DNA of 64,000 nucleotides from Candidatus Cloacimonadota bacterium (GCA_035402645.1 DAONDQ010000003.1:2682-66681); one strand, 5' to 3'; counted from the first letter of the stretch, positions 19,501-29,143 are shown. Made by a program: numbers and translations. Notes: generated from the letters alone by a model not told the origin.

Positions 19501-20776
19501 AAATCTTCCCTTCGGAAAGGTGATCACCACCGCAACCACATACGCCAGTTACAATGGATATGTCAGCAAGCGTGGAACTGATTTCAACAGCCAGACAGTG
19601 TTTGAACCTGCTGACCAGCATAAAGGTGACTGTGCCCGTGCGCTGTTGTACTTTAATGTACGCTATGGTGAATCCTTGACCATAGGGGGAGTTGATCAGC
19701 TTCCTGCCTGTATCCAATGGAATTATCTCGATCCGCCAAATGCGGATGAAATTGCCAGAAATACATTGATCCAGGCAACATTAACCAATCGCAATCCATT
19801 CGTTGATCATCCGGAATATGTGACTTCCATTTACGTTGGGACAACAAGTAATACGATGCTGAATTTCGATCCTACAGTTTCTTCTGTTTCCGAAAATGTG
19901 GGTACGGTTCATCTTTCGGTACAAATTCAAAATCCGAATGTATATGCTTCCACGGCAACAGTGGTCCTTAAAAGTGGAAATCCAGCCCATATAGGCAACT
20001 TCACGCCTGTAACCGTTACATTCCCCATGAACAGCGCCACACCTCAAATAGTGGATATTAACGTTACTGATGACGATATCGTAGATGGTAATGAAACCTT
20101 CGTGTTTGAGATACAGAATGCTCAAGGGGGTTATTATGCAATACCCGGACTGGCGAATGACTATACTCTGACCGTTGAAGATAATGAAACAGGTATCCAG
20201 GTTCCGATTGCCCTGCCCGCAGTGCAAATGGGCAATACTGCCTTCCTGGCACATTGGGTGGCACCAAACGGAATCACTTCCTTTGCCCTGGATGTTGCTC
20301 ATGACAATGGTTTTACCAACTTCCTCTCAGGATTCAATAACCTGATCGTAAATGATACAACATATTCTGTGACCGGATTGGTAGAGGGACAAACCTATTA
20401 TTACCGTGTTCGTTCCATCCTTAACGATGTACAAAGCACAAATTCAAATGTCATTACAATCATACTGACTGGTAATCAAGACCATGTAGTGAATAGTCTT
20501 AGAGCCGGTATTGAATCCGTATATCCCAATCCCTTCAATCCCGAGACAACCATCAAATACAATGTTACAAAACCCGGTGATGTGAGCATTGTTATTTACA
20601 ATGTCAAAGGACAGAAGGTTAGGACTCTTGTAGCCGATCATTTGAATTCCGGTTCCTATACTGTGAAATGGGATGGCAATAATGATAAGGGGCAATCCTG
20701 CAGCAGCAGCGTTTATTACCTGAAGATGCAGGAAGGTAATAAGATATCACTTAAAAAGATCGTTCTAATGAAATAA
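16541..20776 (+). CDS. large secreted multidomain nuclease: two choice-of-anchor-J-like domains, five FN3 modules, endonuclease I, Calx-beta-like, T9SS sorting domain
   Basis: Signal peptide MKHPQSIILLFLTLLVSSAFA. ITEGFN.../ILTEGFEGSTTAAPPVGW domains. FN3 modules carry the FTANW...YRLDVS...YYYRVRA skeleton. Bases 19187-20188 are colinear with 15032-16033 of the upstream gene. The CTD starts near 20519. Confidence 0.9.
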   Translation: MKHPQSIILLFLTLLVSSAFALDISSGATITEGFNVMTAPVSTLPTDWRIDKITTVRTVGTYAAAGTATERSAGNSMATTAANGIYNFGAGDAASATDRAPGWLSSSSATKSGNLYLRLVNAGSSSIGSFTISYDVEKYRNGTNAAGFTIQMFYSTDGSTWTNAGSDFQTVFPGADADNAGFTSAPGSTVSVSLKPLTQPLTATQNIYLAWNYSVTSGSTTSNSQALGIDNVIISAVPAGPSVPTLTTVAVTGITQSSAITGGNITSNGGSDISSKGVCWNTTGNPTIADGLTFDGTGISNYVSTIDGLAPSTLYYVKAYAANAMGVGYGNELSFTTSGTTPPTAPVALDATAITTDSFTANWNSVSDATSYRLDVSTSGTFDVFVSGYHDLTVTGLSQAVSGLTPATPFYYRVRAVNSNGTSENSNVIYVQTANIPVIPDAPVAIAATGLASTGFTANWNASNGATSYRLDVSMSDTFASFVTGYQDLTVNGLSQTVSGLAPLSVYFYRVRAFNAAGTSFNSNPIMVQTTEAASTILTEGFEGSTTAAPPVGWTLSSPGSYILSNVANAHGGTCYGGLNALNGWISTPQLDNPTEMTFWCRASGTTSNFTISIQNSANGTDYTDVTTFVANGTDTGSITSTYTQKSVSLNLTGSNYLRWFVSVRTGGSFYFDDVVVNGGSVTPVLPSIPVASDASSITATSFTANWIASTNASYYRLDVSTSSSFNSFVTGFNDLVVTGLSQAVTALDPETFYYYRVRAANTVGTSDNSNIVQVYTTSNPVIPNAPVATQATSISAITFTANWNAVTTATGYRLDVSASPTFGSYISGYQDLAVDGVSQVVTGLSALSTYYYRVRAVNNAGTSTNSNSISVTTTNTDPYNGYYNPVVGLTGNALKTGLTNLISTNTYSSYDGAKLIMFQQLDNHNGVVRCVYTGQDFSIAPDYNGSSSPNTEHTYAQSWFTGPASVEKADLHHLFVTESTVNSSRGNLPFGKVITTATTYASYNGYVSKRGTDFNSQTVFEPADQHKGDCARALLYFNVRYGESLTIGGVDQLPACIQWNYLDPPNADEIARNTLIQATLTNRNPFVDHPEYVTSIYVGTTSNTMLNFDPTVSSVSENVGTVHLSVQIQNPNVYASTATVVLKSGNPAHIGNFTPVTVTFPMNSATPQIVDINVTDDDIVDGNETFVFEIQNAQGGYYAIPGLANDYTLTVEDNETGIQVPIALPAVQMGNTAFLAHWVAPNGITSFALDVAHDNGFTNFLSGFNNLIVNDTTYSVTGLVEGQTYYYRVRSILNDVQSTNSNVITIILTGNQDHVVNSLRAGIESVYPNPFNPETTIKYNVTKPGDVSIVIYNVKGQKVRTLVADHLNSGSYTVKWDGNNDKGQSCSSSVYYLKMQEGNKISLKKIVLMK
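17567..19162 (+). repeat. intragenic tandem FN3-encoding modules (4 copies; a fifth diverged copy at 20201-20461)
   Basis: In-frame modules of about 270 nt at 17567-17839, 17861-18130, 18602-18874 and 18893-19162. They share the pattern PVA..A..I....FTANW......YRLDVS....F...V.GY.DL.V.GLSQ.V.GL.....Y.YRVRA.N..GTS.NSN. Confidence 0.85.
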
Positions 20777-20796
20777 AGTATATCTATCGAGAAAAA

Positions 20797-20823
20797 GAGG
20801 CATGCCAAGCATGCCTCTTTTTT
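20797..20823 (+). terminator. rho-independent terminator
   Basis: GAGGCATGC-CAA-GCATGCCTC followed by T6. Confidence 0.85.
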
Positions 20824-20841
20824 GTTGCTATATCAATGGTA

Positions 20842-21043
20842 GAGACGCCCTATACGGGCGTCTCCTTCAAGATATGGAGTTCAAACATCCTTCGGGACAT
20901 AGGATGAATTGTGACCAATAGGATGTGCGGACTTCATATCGATGATTTATGTCGCCCCTCCGGGGCTCGGTAGGTTTTTGGGTTCCTTTCCTGAGGTTGC
21001 GCTTCGCTTCACCTCAGGCTATGGGATATCGACCTTCCAGGTC
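20842..21043. repeat. string of five short GC-rich hairpins (REP/BIME-like mosaic)
   Basis: Stems: GAGACGCCC/GGGCGTCTC (20842-20864), CATCCT/AGGATG (20886-20906), GCCCC/GGGGC (20954-20966), CCTGAGGT/ACCTCAGG (20990-21018, loop contains GCTTCGCTTC) and GACC/GGTC (21031-21043). The segment is much more GC-rich than neighbouring intergenic DNA. Confidence 0.6.
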
Positions 21044-21090
21044 TATAAGGAAGGGGAATCAATGACCATTTTGAAGTCCGTATCGCCCCA

Positions 21091-21480
21091 CTATTTATAC
21101 AGCAGACTCATCATATCCATAAGCCAAACATTACGGAAGTTATTACGTGAGACACCGCCGCTACACCAGATCGTTGCCGTATTGTTTTCCTGGTTGAGCT
21201 CGATGTAGAAGTAAGCTCCCCAATGAGCCCATGAAGGGCACATTTTTATATACGCATGCTTATGGGATAATTCCAACAGGAGATAATTCCTTTGCAGACA
21301 AATGGTTTTCATGATCTCCACGAATTCATCTTCAGTGAGTTTGGTTTCCAGTTTTCTGCTTTTCCATTTCAAGTGCTTTTCCGGATTTCCCTTATTGAAC
21401 CATGTGAATGAATAGACGAACACGGACAATAAGAGAAAAATCAGTATCCATCCTATCTCATACCATAGAGTATAGATCAT
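21091..21480 (-). CDS. hypothetical small membrane-anchored protein
   Basis: 129-aa ORF with one N-terminal TM helix (IGWILIFLLLSVFVYSF). I recognised no motif. Confidence 0.5.
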   Translation of the reverse strand: MIYTLWYEIGWILIFLLLSVFVYSFTWFNKGNPEKHLKWKSRKLETKLTEDEFVEIMKTICLQRNYLLLELSHKHAYIKMCPSWAHWGAYFYIELNQENNTATIWCSGGVSRNNFRNVWLMDMMSLLYK

Positions 21481-21625
21481 ATTCCATCTCCTTGAATCAT
21501 ACTGATATGATCAGTGCATTTTAAGTTCCCAAGTTCGATTTAATATGCCTCTATTAGTAGCGTATTTTTCTCATGTAGCGGGTAAAAGCCAATCATGAAA
21601 GAAGTGTAGTGTGAATCCGTGACCT

Positions 21626-21658
21626 GTAAAAAGAAAAGGCGACCGAATGGTCGCCTTT
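21626..21658 (-). terminator. rho-independent terminator of the V-ATPase operon
   Basis: The minus strand reads AAAGGCGACC-ATTC-GGTCGCCTTT followed by TCTTTTT, 23 nt after the atpK stop. Confidence 0.8.
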
Positions 21659-21680
21659 GATAATAGAAACGCAGTCGCGA

Positions 21681-22184
<504 letters not shown>

Positions 22185-22206
22185 CTATTTTACTCTTTTG
22201 TTTTAT

Positions 22207-23997
22207 TTATTTTTTACTACCGAAAGGCTTGTATTCCTTTCCACCTCCGGAGAAACCGGAGTTTTTATAGAATTCTACAAAGGTAAGACGCATGGGATGA
22301 ACGAATCCTCCCAATGAGCCCAACGCAATATTGACAGAATGTCCGACGACCATGAATACGATGAAGATGATCGGTCCGATAATGGGAATGGAGCCGAACT
22401 GCTGTGCCATGGAATTGATGACGAATCCCAGGATACCGCCCGATACACCGAGTGCAAACAAACGAATGTAGGACAGCAGGTCTCCAAAGAAGCCCGTCAC
22501 AATATTATACATTTCCCAGATTCCCAATCCCAGGTTCACAAAGATGTTCTTCCCAGGTGAATTGAAGAAGAATATCAGGAATAAGGCAACGTAAATGACA
22601 TATGGCATGTATTCTTTTAAAACAGCAGGTGGATTTGCACCAAGCATGGGTGAGCCAAGAACACTGACTGCAATCATGAACAGGAATGTTCCAATGGTGG
22701 AAATCCCCGCCTTGAAGCCTCCATTCTTTACTCGGTTGAAGAAATTCATGATCACGCCAAATAGAATCTGGATCACGCCAAGCAGCAACGCAAAGTTGAA
22801 TATCTGTGTTTTATCGGTTATCGGTATGTATTTACCGATTCCCTTGAATTTGGTCATGTCAAAGGCGAGTAGTGAACCCATTACAAACCCCATGACAGCT
22901 GTAGACAAGCCCAGTACCTGAGCAAGCGACAGCAAGGGTTTGACCTTTGGATCCTTGACTTTGAATTTGAAAAAAGTTGCCGCAGCGAAAATCAGGAGCC
23001 CGTATCCCACATCGGCAGTGCAGAATCCGAAGAACAGCATGAAGAATGGGGCAAAGAAAGCAGTCAAATCGAGTTCCATATAAGATGGAAGAGAGTACAA
23101 CTTTCCAATGGGCTCGAAAAGCTTCGCATACCAGTTATTCTTGAGCTGGATCGGAACTTTATCATCTTCTGAAGGTTCCTCAGCATAATAATAGATGCTC
23201 TGCTTTTCAAGGAATTCAACCAATCCCGCTTCGAGTGGTTTGGAAACCCATCCTCTCAGGATGATGATCTGATCATCAGCATCCTTGATGACATTCATGC
23301 GGGTATCTTCGAACTCGAACTTTGCCATCAGGTCATCCCTGTATTGAATCAGGTGGGGAAGTTCCCTGGCAGCACAATCATTGAATTCCTGTTCTATCGT
23401 TTCCTGTTCAGCGACTAAGTCCTGCTGCTTGTGCAGCGCTTCAGAAAGAGAAATGTCGGGTAGCTTGTAATGTTCAGCATCGATATTGATCTCTTCCTCT
23501 GCTTTATGAATGACGGCAAAATACAATACCTGTCCAATTGTCTGGATGATCTCGATGGAATAGGTTTCCATCCATTCATCCTTGAACTTGTTCTTGGAGC
23601 AGATATATAAATCGATATAAATATCCTTCGATTCGAGATCATGCAGCTGCTGGCGTGAGAATTCACCCCAGGGTTCCAGATTGGAAATGATCTTACGAAC
23701 CGATAGTATCTTCTGTGCAATGGCATCCTTTTCACGAATGCGGGAATTCAGTTGTGTGATGATCTCTTCAGGGGTCCTGGTGAGAGGCACATCCTGAGCC
23801 TGCTGATTGCGTTTCTTCAGGAAATGGATCGCCTGCATGGCTGCATCGATCTTATCCCTGCTTTCCTTGAGAGCCGGATCATGTGCGCCAATTGTACGAA
23901 TGATATGCAGCACACCGAGATTCTGCAGGTTCTTGAGGAAATCATCGTAATCGTTGTGATGGATCAGGAACGTGTACTTTTTCATTGGTATTATCAT
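22207..23997 (-). CDS. atpI: V-type ATPase subunit I (a-type stator/channel subunit)
   Basis: Soluble N-terminal half followed by about 7 TM helices. LSYIRLFALGVSGG contains the conserved channel Arg. ATGA overlap with atpD. Confidence 0.9.
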   Translation of the reverse strand: MIIPMKKYTFLIHHNDYDDFLKNLQNLGVLHIIRTIGAHDPALKESRDKIDAAMQAIHFLKKRNQQAQDVPLTRTPEEIITQLNSRIREKDAIAQKILSVRKIISNLEPWGEFSRQQLHDLESKDIYIDLYICSKNKFKDEWMETYSIEIIQTIGQVLYFAVIHKAEEEINIDAEHYKLPDISLSEALHKQQDLVAEQETIEQEFNDCAARELPHLIQYRDDLMAKFEFEDTRMNVIKDADDQIIILRGWVSKPLEAGLVEFLEKQSIYYYAEEPSEDDKVPIQLKNNWYAKLFEPIGKLYSLPSYMELDLTAFFAPFFMLFFGFCTADVGYGLLIFAAATFFKFKVKDPKVKPLLSLAQVLGLSTAVMGFVMGSLLAFDMTKFKGIGKYIPITDKTQIFNFALLLGVIQILFGVIMNFFNRVKNGGFKAGISTIGTFLFMIAVSVLGSPMLGANPPAVLKEYMPYVIYVALFLIFFFNSPGKNIFVNLGLGIWEMYNIVTGFFGDLLSYIRLFALGVSGGILGFVINSMAQQFGSIPIIGPIIFIVFMVVGHSVNIALGSLGGFVHPMRLTFVEFYKNSGFSGGGKEYKPFGSKK

Positions 23998-24590
23998 GAT
24001 GCCACCTCACTGTTCCTGTTCTTCATAATCTTCTGACCTGATTTTGAAAGGTTCTCCTCGTCTTCCAGGAAGCGCTTGATCTTACGGATTGCATCCTCGT
24101 AAGCCGGGATCTGGACTTTCTCATAGAGGTTCACTTTTTGGGTGGTCTTCTTTCTTACCTGGTCCAATATCCTCATTTTGCGGATATAGAACTGTCTTTC
24201 AATCGTGATGGCAGAAAGTTCTTCTATGATCTTGATACCGTCGAGATACCACTTCGGTCTGTTGAATACGCTGAACTCCGCATAATCATAGGTGATGTTA
24301 CCCATGATTGGGATCTTGACCCCTGCGATCTTCTTGGTGTGCATTTCAACGTTCCGAATGCTGATCAGTTTGGTATCGAATTCAGTCCAGAGACGCATGA
24401 ATTTCTCCAGGGCAGCTGTCTTTTGCTTTACCTTGGCTTCAAATTCAGTCGCCATATCACGGGCACGCTTCACTTCCATACGAAGGGCAGACTCCTTGTT
24501 CTTCAGGGTGGGAAGAGCACGCACTCTGACTCGCAACTGACGATTCAGGTCGTTCAAGGAAGTTTTGTTGTATTGAAAGCGTACTGCCAT
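23994..24590 (-). CDS. atpD: V-type ATPase subunit D (central stalk)
   Basis: 198-aa coiled-coil protein. LPTLKNKESALRMEV resembles the V-type D N-terminus. It sits between B and I in the operon. Confidence 0.8.
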   Translation of the reverse strand: MAVRFQYNKTSLNDLNRQLRVRVRALPTLKNKESALRMEVKRARDMATEFEAKVKQKTAALEKFMRLWTEFDTKLISIRNVEMHTKKIAGVKIPIMGNITYDYAEFSVFNRPKWYLDGIKIIEELSAITIERQFYIRKMRILDQVRKKTTQKVNLYEKVQIPAYEDAIRKIKRFLEDEENLSKSGQKIMKNRNSEVAS

Positions 24591-24601
24591 AATCTGAAAT
24601 C

Positions 24602-25930
24602 CTAATTATCTTTCTTTGGCCAGTATTGATCGACAAATTCCTTCTTTATACCGACTTCTGCCTGTGAGAAGTATTTGGCAAAGAGGTTCCATGAAGTATC
24701 GAGCATGGTATCGACATCGATATTCACATCGATGGCGAGCAGTTTGTTTGAATATTCCTTCGCATATTTCAGGAGACGTTCATCATAATCAGTCAGGTCG
24801 AAACCGTTCTCCAACTTGGTCTTTGCATTGGCTGCATCGGCATAGAGACGAACGGCAGCATTCATGACCTGCGGGTGGTCGGATCTTGTCTTGGAACCGA
24901 TCACAAGCTGTTTCAGACGTGACAAGCTGCGGAACGGGTCAACGATGACCTTTCCGATATCGGTGTCACGACGGAGGAACAACTGACCTTCCGTGATATA
25001 TCCTGTGTTGTCGGGAATTGCGTGCGTGATGTCTCCACCGGAAAGTGTGGTCACTGCCACGATGGTGATGGAACCGCCTGCAGGGAACTGCACCGCCTTC
25101 TCATAGATACGTGCCAGGTCTGAATAGAGTGAACCGGGCATACTATCCTTGGAAGGGATCTGGTCCATACGGTTGGAAACAATACTCAAGGCATCGCAGT
25201 AAAGTGTCATGTCGGTGAGCAGAACGAGAACCTTCTCATTCTTCTCCACGGCAAAGTATTCTGCTGCAGCCAGGGTCATATTGGGTACGAGAAGTCTTTC
25301 CACAGGTGGATCTTCCGTCGTATTCATAAAGGAAATGATACGGTCGAGGGCACCTGCATTCTCAAATGTATTCTTGTAGAAAAGATAATCGTCATGAGAC
25401 ATACCCATTCCGCCGAGAATGATCTTATCAGCTTGGGCTCTCAATGCCACCATTGCCATGACCTGATTGAAAGGCTGGTCGGGGTCAGCGAAGAAGGGGA
25501 TCTTCTGTCCTGTGACAAGCGTGTTGTTCAGGTCAATACCTGCGATACCTGTTGCAATCAGCTCAGATGGCTGTTTACGGCGTACAGGGTTCACAGAGGG
25601 ACCACCGATCTCGACTTCAGGGCCTTCCACTTCCGGACCTTCGTCGATTGGGTCGCCATAGGCATTGAAGAAACGACCGGCAAGAAGGTCACTTACCTTC
25701 AGCACCGGAGGTTTGCCGAGGAATACGACTTCAGCGGCTGTGCTGATGCCTTCGGTACCTGAGAAGATCTGGAGTGTGACATTGTCATTCATGATCTTCA
25801 CGACCTGGGACAGTCTTCCGTCCACAATCGCCATTTCCTCGTTACCGATTCCCGTTGCCTGTACTGTACAGGTGGCTTTGGTGATTTGATTCAATTGTGT
25901 ATATATTCTTTGAAATGCTCTGGTTTCCAT
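24602..25930 (-). CDS. atpB: V-type ATPase subunit B
   Basis: 442 aa. GSITIVAVTTLSGGDITHAIPDNTGYITEGQLFLRR and PGSLYSDLARIYE are typical of V/A-type B subunits. TAATG overlap with atpA. Confidence 0.93.
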   Translation of the reverse strand: METRAFQRIYTQLNQITKATCTVQATGIGNEEMAIVDGRLSQVVKIMNDNVTLQIFSGTEGISTAAEVVFLGKPPVLKVSDLLAGRFFNAYGDPIDEGPEVEGPEVEIGGPSVNPVRRKQPSELIATGIAGIDLNNTLVTGQKIPFFADPDQPFNQVMAMVALRAQADKIILGGMGMSHDDYLFYKNTFENAGALDRIISFMNTTEDPPVERLLVPNMTLAAAEYFAVEKNEKVLVLLTDMTLYCDALSIVSNRMDQIPSKDSMPGSLYSDLARIYEKAVQFPAGGSITIVAVTTLSGGDITHAIPDNTGYITEGQLFLRRDTDIGKVIVDPFRSLSRLKQLVIGSKTRSDHPQVMNAAVRLYADAANAKTKLENGFDLTDYDERLLKYAKEYSNKLLAIDVNIDVDTMLDTSWNLFAKYFSQAEVGIKKEFVDQYWPKKDN

Positions 25931-27687
25931 TATTCCACCCCTCTTTCCTTAACAGATTTCCGAACTTCTTCTTCGAACTGTTTGAAATTATCAGACTGGA
26001 ACTTGGAATAGTTCATCTGCTTGCATAGGTTGACGATGTTCTTGAAGAAAGGCATAACCTCTTCGAAGGTATCGAAACGAAAATCTGTCTTGCAGATATC
26101 GAGAATGAGCTTCATCATGTACTTCTGTCTTTCCATCGGAGTGGATTGGTCGATCTTGTCGAATCCGTCCTGTTGGAGAATGACAAAGTCAATGAGCTCT
26201 GATTTCCAGAACTTCTCGTGATAGTTCAAAGGCACACCGTCATCACCGAGGATGTTGATCTGCTCGTAGGCTTCACGACCACGAAGGAGAATATCCTTGG
26301 CAAATGTGACATCTTCAACCCAATTCGGGTCGATATTTTTATTCATATATTCCTGGAGTTCAGGATATTCGAGGTATTTGGAATAACTGTCGATGGGATC
26401 GACAGCCGGATAGCGCTTACTGTCCGCTCTCTGCTGGGAAAGTGCATAAAAACAGCGGGCTGCCTTCTTTGTGGATTCGGTAACCGGTTCCTTCAAGTTA
26501 CCACCGGCAGGGGACACAGTACCGATAAAGGTAATGGAGCCTGTTTCACCATTATTGAGATAGGTGAATCCTGCACGGGAGTAGAAGTTGGAAATGATTG
26601 CCGGCAAGTCCATCGGGAAAGCGTCCGGTCCGGGAAGTTCTTCCATGCGGTTTGACATTTCACGGAGTGCCTGTGCCCAACGGGAAGTGGAGTCTGCAAG
26701 CAGCAGGACTTTCAGTCCCATGGAACGGTAGTACTCGGCAATGGTCATTGCCGTGTAAACAGAGGCTTCACGAGCTGCGACCGGCATGTTGGAAGTGTTA
26801 CAGATGATGATGGTTCTTTCCATCAGTTTACGACCTGTACGCGGGTCATCCAGTTCGGGGAATTCCACGAAGAGTTCCACCACTTCGTTGGCTCTTTCAC
26901 CGCAGGCTGCCACAATGATCAGATCTGCTTCCGCATGTTTGGATAACTGGTGCTGAAGCACTGTCTTACCACAGCCGAAAGGACCGGGAATGAAGCCTGT
27001 TCCACCTTCAGCGATGGGATTCAGACTGTCGATGATACGAACACCTGTTTCCATCAGTTTGAAGGGACGTGGTTTTTCCTTGTAGGCTTTAATGGGAAGC
27101 TTCACAGGCCAGTTCTGGACCATGGTCACATTCATCTTGTTGCCCTTGGCGTCAGTGAGAGTGGCGATCACATCATTCACATTGTATTCACCGGGTCCTG
27201 CCACACTGGCAACGGTATATTTGTCTTCCAGTCCAAGAGGAACCATGATCTTGTGATTGATCCAATTTTCCTTCACTTCACCGAGGAAGAAACCTGCTTC
27301 CACGATATCACCTGTTTTGGCAATGGGTTTGAATTCCCATAATTTGTCTTCATCCAGAGCATGGGTTCTTTCACCACGCTTTAGGAAGATACCTTCCATT
27401 TTGTTGAGATCATTTTGTAATCCATCATAGCTTTTAGACAGCATACCAGGACCAAGGGTAACTTCCAGCATCTTGCCAGTGAATTCAACCTTGTATCCCA
27501 CCTTTAGTCCGCGTGTGCTTTCGAACACCTGGGCATAAGCGGTCTTGCCCAAAATCTTGATGACTTCCGCCATCAATGGTGTGCCTTCCAGATCGATGAT
27601 ACAGATCTCATTCTGAGAGACTGGACCATTAATCTCGACGAGCACCAGATTGGCGATAACCCCTTTGATGCTACCTGTTGTCATCAT
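25930..27687 (-). CDS. atpA: V-type ATPase catalytic subunit A
   Basis: Walker A motif GPFGCGKTV, then LLLADSTSRWAQALREMS and the non-homologous insert typical of V-type A. 585 aa. Confidence 0.95.
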   Translation of the reverse strand: MMTTGSIKGVIANLVLVEINGPVSQNEICIIDLEGTPLMAEVIKILGKTAYAQVFESTRGLKVGYKVEFTGKMLEVTLGPGMLSKSYDGLQNDLNKMEGIFLKRGERTHALDEDKLWEFKPIAKTGDIVEAGFFLGEVKENWINHKIMVPLGLEDKYTVASVAGPGEYNVNDVIATLTDAKGNKMNVTMVQNWPVKLPIKAYKEKPRPFKLMETGVRIIDSLNPIAEGGTGFIPGPFGCGKTVLQHQLSKHAEADLIIVAACGERANEVVELFVEFPELDDPRTGRKLMERTIIICNTSNMPVAAREASVYTAMTIAEYYRSMGLKVLLLADSTSRWAQALREMSNRMEELPGPDAFPMDLPAIISNFYSRAGFTYLNNGETGSITFIGTVSPAGGNLKEPVTESTKKAARCFYALSQQRADSKRYPAVDPIDSYSKYLEYPELQEYMNKNIDPNWVEDVTFAKDILLRGREAYEQINILGDDGVPLNYHEKFWKSELIDFVILQQDGFDKIDQSTPMERQKYMMKLILDICKTDFRFDTFEEVMPFFKNIVNLCKQMNYSKFQSDNFKQFEEEVRKSVKERGVE

Positions 27688-28526
27688 ATTCTATCCTTTT
27701 TCGCTAATGTAAAATCTTCACTGAATTGGAAGCTGTCCTCCAATTCATCCAATATGCTCTGGAATTTATCCTTCCCCAATTCCGGTTTCAACTTCTGCCA
27801 TCTTTCGGCAATCATGACCTTTGCCAGATAACCGAGGATGATATCCATGTCGAAGTAGTGAAAGAAATTCCTATCATCTATCCAATTCCATTTCAGTTGA
27901 TCCACCAACCTTTCCCTTTCCATGATATCAGGATTTTCAAATATCTGGAACAGCTTATCGAGATATGGGAACATATGGGAAACACCAAAATCAGTGGCAT
28001 TGCTTAGGCGGATGATATTGCTGACTTCATCGAAGCCCACAATCTCCTTTTCATGAGGAATGCCGTTCTTTCTGCAATACAGGGCAGTCTGCAGATTATT
28101 GATGTTTCTCTCGAATTCGAACCATTCGCGGATGAAAGCATTGGGACTGGATAATACGTGTTCGTAGAATAACGTGGTCAGTTGGTTTTCCCAGGACAAT
28201 TCAGGATAAATAGGTATTTCTTCCTTCACTGCACTGAGGAACCTTTTCATGAATTCAGGCAATATCTGTGGATCCTTGATTTCATCTTCAAGGACGAATG
28301 GGGGATAATTTCCCTGGTTTTTCCAGGGTTTATGCAGGTTGAGAGCCAAACTTAACAGATTATCCCTGTCATCCGGAAGAAATAGAAGTTCAACCAATTC
28401 ATAATCATCTTCATGAATATGGTACTTCATATCCTGCCTGAAGGCATCCAGATCGCGCGCAGGCTTTGCATCTTCTATGGAAATAGAAGGTAAGCCGGCT
28501 ACATAATAATAATATTCTCTACCCAT
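27684..28526 (-). CDS. DUF2764-type protein (subunit C/d-like component of Bacteroidetes-style V-ATPase operons)
   Basis: 280 aa with N-terminus MGREYYYYVAGLPSI. It occupies the second position of the operon between E and A, as in Bacteroidetes-type operons. ATGA overlap with atpA. Confidence 0.6.
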   Translation of the reverse strand: MGREYYYYVAGLPSISIEDAKPARDLDAFRQDMKYHIHEDDYELVELLFLPDDRDNLLSLALNLHKPWKNQGNYPPFVLEDEIKDPQILPEFMKRFLSAVKEEIPIYPELSWENQLTTLFYEHVLSSPNAFIREWFEFERNINNLQTALYCRKNGIPHEKEIVGFDEVSNIIRLSNATDFGVSHMFPYLDKLFQIFENPDIMERERLVDQLKWNWIDDRNFFHYFDMDIILGYLAKVMIAERWQKLKPELGKDKFQSILDELEDSFQFSEDFTLAKKDRI

Positions 28527-28531
28527 GGATT

Positions 28532-29143
28532 CTATTCACCATAGAGTATTTTAATGGCTCTCGGGCGAAGATAGTGCTTAAAGAAATTGGCGAAATCCTC
28601 ATCGGTGAAGTTGATCTTAAAACTACCGTCTGCAGGTCCGATTGAATAACCGGATTTCAGGTTTTCGCTGTATTCAACCTTGATCCCCTGCTTGAAGATA
28701 TTGGAGGCAGATTGTTTGAAGAAATCATCCATTTCCTTTTCCAGGTTCTTCGGAAAAACCAGTGCTATCTCACCTGATTCATCACCTTCTTTCCAATTCT
28801 GGATGGTTGCTTCCACCATTTTCTTCAGGAAACCGCTATCTTCCCAGATCTTATCAGCAGCAGGGTCTATTGCTTTCGTGATGATAAGTTCGGAGATCTG
28901 CTGCTTCAGGGCACTCATTGCCTGTTTTGCAGCCAATTGCAGTTCGGCGTTAACATTCTTGCGGGTTTCATTTGCTAAAGCTTGAGCTTCCTGCCGAATA
29001 CGATTGGCATCGTCCTCGGCTTTCTTCAACGTATCTGCAGCCTTGGCGTTGGTTTCGGCAAGTATGCGATCTGCTTCCTGCTTCGCCTTGTCAACACCTT
29101 CCTGGTAGATTCGTTCGGTTAATTCTTGAAGTTTATCAGCCAT
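28532..29143 (-). CDS. atpE: V-type ATPase subunit E (peripheral stalk)
   Basis: Ala/Glu/Lys-rich N-terminal coiled coil QEGVDKAKQEADRILAETNAKAADTLKKAEDDANRIRQEA, then a globular C-terminus. GGAG lies 6 nt before ATG 29143. The upstream in-frame ATG at 29155 is an alternative start. Confidence 0.8.
   Translation of the reverse strand: MADKLQELTERIYQEGVDKAKQEADRILAETNAKAADTLKKAEDDANRIRQEAQALANETRKNVNAELQLAAKQAMSALKQQISELIITKAIDPAADKIWEDSGFLKKMVEATIQNWKEGDESGEIALVFPKNLEKEMDDFFKQSASNIFKQGIKVEYSENLKSGYSIGPADGSFKINFTDEDFANFFKHYLRPRAIKILYGE

Noticed and set aside
20942-21208. 88-aa ORF (MIYVAPPGLGRFLGSFPEVALRFTSGYGISTFQV...).
   Set aside because: Its first half is a read-through of consecutive GC-rich palindromes. 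Its second half overlaps the 3' end of the minus-strand gene 21091..21480. It has no SD. I treat the region as a repeat or RNA-structure region instead.
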